Below are positions 61,501-64,000 of a stretch of 64,000 nucleotides of DNA, piece after piece. Every line of letters starts with the position of its first letter. Positions within the stretch are counted from its first letter, which is position 1. Below the pieces are notes generated by a model, which did not search any database, had not been told where the DNA came from, and was given only the letters and a program-made list of their open reading frames with translations. Source of the stretch: Picochlorum sp. SENEW3 (taxonomy: Eukaryota); contig CP120462.1 in the NCBI GenBank assembly GCA_034226945.1, positions 434,001 through 498,000 on the forward strand, given 5' to 3'. A program made the position numbers and the translations under genes.

Positions 61501-62085
61501 AGCGTCAAGTCTTCTGTGAGCAATTCACAGCGACCCTCAGCAGCGCCAAGTCCACTAGCGTCATCCCGAAGCATACGATCACTCATAGAAACTCGATTGG
61601 GAAGCCATCGACGACAAGGGTCGTCATGCAGCCAGCCATTGAGCAATAGAGACATGAGTTTTGATGGATCTGCAGGCCAACCACTCAGTGCAGCAGATGC
61701 AATCATCAAGGGCGCAGCTCAAGCTCTAGAAAGCTACGAAGATGGTTCCGTAAAATATTCGGACATCTATGCAGAGAGCGAGCAAGGATCCATGGATAAC
61801 CAGGTCTATGAAGCACAATATTGGGAGGATTTGGCAATAACAGCATCAGGAAATGCGATGCTCACCGAGCAGAATTTGGAAGCCCTGGAAAAATTGAAAA
61901 AGATACATACAGAATATTTGAGTGATAGGGACACGTCGACTGATAAGGCCACAGAGGCTGAGGCAGTCTGGGCAGAGTTTGATAACCCGCCAGATGTGAA
62001 CAGCATTCGGTCCAGATCAGCAGCTTCGAGTCCTGTCAAACATATTAGAAGTGCATCAACATTCAGCACTCCAAGAAAAAACTAA
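58597..62085 (+). CDS. AGC Ser/Thr kinase of the IRE/MAST/Greatwall-Rim15 group
   Basis: DDFEILKPISKGAFGRV, HRDLKPDN, DFGLS followed by a long insert and GTPDYLAPE; IRE-type N-terminal region and a C2HC-like CLTC..H..C. Confidence 0.92.
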   Translation: MDGETRQSPRASTKHDGVGLDSGKEVLLSPFASPTKKHGSPRMSPLVIPPVIDEDVQSGSSSASSLSGRYRPKHYAANILPPIATSALNAQHQMGAVSVPGNMLMSPASARKSKLDKNFWQAKNHVNRELVSFLTETTAILKHADKEDAVHLERALGVAQRCIQEPVERFKESVKDDVDQIEEWRKVCDSTVGKTCYTKLLFMLAHCSRLVLGVENSPGAAGTPACFRAARNKRHSSGGNRSSHGKKKGISKADVKHQGGMKPSLRSPGRSKSFQEFKKACSSPRSRLGSQTSKCLSSTSSVKESVRMLQGLHLDEGSSGGSPRQSVHQSMPSTPPSSAAATCSPSPLGRDSIVATLEQQFDGQDELSGGSGTVTPRPAREVDQFVHLTPRQMLQSKVKRSASQVSLNDSDSTNTPSGNTVSTPCTSSPAGRPSVELDLKGCLTCHLGLLESEFEQHSAICSSLDEEYFQKADAKNIDMMINKLGAVAEEKLNSMKCSLAMESVMVDIVSASRQAVALQPDHSIVPVKRCREVARMLNAVVSNAVVMAIESDNAIQARALGSNLAKLIVLKAENLALNSTEEDDDPLLDSISAWGSVCMDDFEILKPISKGAFGRVYLARKKESQDLYAVKVMRKADLVRKNMVESARNERNILAMANNPFVIRFYFSFTSRENLYIVMEYAPGGDLASLLRSLGGLEEDIARKYMCEVILALEYCHAQGIIHRDLKPDNILISSDGHIKLTDFGLSCFGVIDRTDPMIEQEYEAHNSGSLPSSPVKRHGGHVRSVSVVGPFDGAAPSPVGKAEIQEPRAPLSARFSIADQNKKAVGTPDYLAPELLLGIGHGPEADWWSLGVILFEMTVGVPPFSAASPEEIFENILERNIHWPADGMLSPELKDLLESLLCLDQYCRLGSKGAMDVKVHAWFDGIDWSDLAREKAAFVPQTSCDADTSYFVGNKDVSKMSLTLDLESVKSSVSNSQRPSAAPSPLASSRSIRSLIETRLGSHRRQGSSCSQPLSNRDMSFDGSAGQPLSAADAIIKGAAQALESYEDGSVKYSDIYAESEQGSMDNQVYEAQYWEDLAITASGNAMLTEQNLEALEKLKKIHTEYLSDRDTSTDKATEAEAVWAEFDNPPDVNSIRSRSAASSPVKHIRSASTFSTPRKN

Positions 62086-62124
62086 AGATGGTGTAACACG
62101 TCAAGATATAGAATATAAACAGTA

Positions 62125-62991
62125 TCAATCATTGGCATCAAAACTCATCACATGACTGTGCTGTTCACTCTTTGCCCCATTCGTTTCTTTACAACCCTTC
62201 TTCTTCGAATCCCTAGCTGGATTATACAAAGGTTTTTCTCTCATCTCATCCTTCTCAGGACAACTATCGTCATCATTATTATTCTCGTCAGTTTTTGTCA
62301 CGTGACCATCCTCATCCCCCTTCCCAGTGGTCGTCGCTCTCGATGTCATATCAAACTGCTGCACACCACCTCCCACAATCACAGGCTCATCAAACTCGTA
62401 CGTTGTATACCTGTCCGGATTCTTCACATAATCCGGCACCGTACTCCTCGCATCTTCAGACTCCTGAGCTCCTGCCCGCTTATGAGGGGGAACATAGGGC
62501 TTCTTCGGCTCTGGAATCCCCGTAAACGACACCTTCTTCTTCCCCATCCTTGACACATCCTCTCCATAAGAATCCTTCTTCTTCAACGCAGAACGAACAG
62601 GCCGCTTCTCCCCAGACGACTGGCGCCACTCCTCCTGCCCCCCCGCTCTTGGTACGACAGGCGACACCCCCTCCGCATCATCAAACTGAAGCGACTGTAC
62701 ATCCATTATATCACTCTCCTCTTCTCTGTCAATTTGAGAACTAAATGCTATACTCGGACGAACCCCTAACGCTGTGTCGAATTCGTCATCCCCCAAATCC
62801 ATGTGAATCCCACCCACAGACGTCCTCCGGCGCCTCTCCTCCTCTTCATCATCACTCGACACATCCCTATGACCATTTCTATATATTGGAGATGACGTAG
62901 GCATCCATTGCTTCTCTGTACCTTCAGGGTCTGATCCAGTCACACCCAAGGAATCAAAAGAGGCACGAGTTCGCCTCTCAAAATCTTCCAT
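62125..62991 (-). CDS. TSSC4-like U5 snRNP chaperone
   Basis: VPDYVKNPDRYTTYEF resembles the TSSC4 signature PDY..NP.KWT.YSL. Confidence 0.7.
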   Translation of the reverse strand: MEDFERRTRASFDSLGVTGSDPEGTEKQWMPTSSPIYRNGHRDVSSDDEEEERRRRTSVGGIHMDLGDDEFDTALGVRPSIAFSSQIDREEESDIMDVQSLQFDDAEGVSPVVPRAGGQEEWRQSSGEKRPVRSALKKKDSYGEDVSRMGKKKVSFTGIPEPKKPYVPPHKRAGAQESEDARSTVPDYVKNPDRYTTYEFDEPVIVGGGVQQFDMTSRATTTGKGDEDGHVTKTDENNNDDDSCPEKDEMREKPLYNPARDSKKKGCKETNGAKSEQHSHVMSFDAND

Positions 62992-63260
62992 ATCAACTCA
63001 ATGGGTACTAGTACTGCTTATATAGCTCATTTGTATGTATTTAATGCCTCAAAAGAAAGAATACTTCAATGTATAGAGCTCTGCCGTCAAGCACGCCGTG
63101 CTCAAAACTGGACACCCAGATATTAGCAGATCTGACGAAACTCCTTATATAAAATATTAGAAAAAAGCAAGGAAGATGGAGTTGGCCATGAAAGGACATA
63201 CCCTGTGTGCATAGATTTATCCTCATAAAATATATTGAACTATAGTATATATTTAAGGGC

Positions 63261-64000
63261 ATGGAGACGTACGTGGCTTTGTTGCAATCCGTAAAGATGT
63301 GCTGTGGTATTTTTCAAAAATGTTCTGAATCAAATCCTTCAAGTTTTGACTTCTCTTGTGCCCCTCGGGTATCACAGTACACCTTGATATTTTCCAAAGA
63401 ATATAAAGTCTTGATGTGGTCGTGTTTTGCCATGCAGATCGGTCAATTTTGACGAATTCGTCAGAACTGACACGGGTGAGATTTCAAATCTTCAACTCGA
63501 TAAAGACAATGGAACAACGATACAGCGTAAAGAATCATCGTATGTGAACCACGATAGTCGATTTAAGATACAAAAGAGGGATTATGAGCGTCAGTTTGCT
63601 CAATTGTACTTTTCCAGACTGGTCAAGCTGAGGCCTCATGTTGTCAAGGCTGCCACTGCGGCTTGGCCCAATGTGCCATGTGTTCGCGTGCTGGATGTTC
63701 CAGAGGAGAAGGAAGTGTGTATCGTCGGTACCCTGTATAAAGAAATGTCTTTGAAGCCGAGTATTTTGGATGAATATACAAAGGATGTGGGTGCTCAGTT
63801 GGGTGGGAATAGGTTTACGCAGGCTGGAGATGTCTTGGTGCTGGAGGATGAAGGTGGGCGAGTGTCTCTGGTGGGGGATGCGCTTGATGTTGGTACGATG
63901 GTGACTGGAGTTATTGTAGCTGTTAAAGGGACTGTTTCTGAGGAAGGGGATTTCCGGGTGGTGGATGTGTGCTATGCGGGGCATGCCCCACAGTCACGTG
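63261..64000 (+). CDS. POLD2: DNA polymerase delta subunit 2 (5' part; exon 63261-63268, intron, exon 63438 to window end)
   Basis: Manual translation: RDYERQFAQLYFSRL..CIVGTLYKEMSLKPSILDEY..LVLEDEGGRV..VTGVIVAVKG. Confidence 0.9.

Noticed and set aside
63131..63260. Copy of CTCCTTATAT (63141) suggesting a non-autonomous Helitron derivative
   Set aside because: Only a 10-bp AT-rich match with no flanking similarity or partner repeat; likely a TATA-like promoter sequence.
63450..63463. Perfect palindrome TGACGAATTCGTCA
   Set aside because: Lies within the inferred POLD2 exon; probably chance.
38723..64000. REV3 and POLD2 (shared Pol zeta subunit) in the same window
   Set aside because: About 19 kb and ten genes apart; no evidence of clustering.
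1..64000. CRISPR arrays, tRNA, rRNA, telomeric repeats
   Set aside because: None recognised by eye; the context is eukaryotic and gene-dense.

Overview
Gene-dense eukaryotic nuclear DNA with very short intergenic spacers, short GT-AG introns and photosynthetic genes (PsbW, ClpD-like, WRKY, B3). This is most consistent with a compact-genome green alga (Trebouxiophyceae, Picochlorum-like; taxon is an inference). There are about 35 host genes, mostly housekeeping (SCO1, OSCP, MnSOD, eL42, XRN2/3, eIF2-alpha, REV3, SDH1, TFIIB, POLD2). One apparently intact ~6 kb rolling-circle transposon (Helitron-like RepHel, 4 exons, ~1690 aa) with short inverted repeats at its ends sits between NF-YB and XRN. 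Highlights: (1) a dense W-box array upstream of the two-domain WRKY gene and a second W-box cluster upstream of the Helitron ORF; (2) an endosulfine gene head-to-head with an IRE/Greatwall-like kinase, a possible kinase-substrate pair; (3) a PWWP-AWS-SET-Tudor protein fused to a B3 DNA-binding domain; (4) a secreted protein with a cryptic nitrilase-like E-K-C triad next to an MFS transporter; (5) structured long introns. Intron and exon coordinates were read by eye and no database searches were run.
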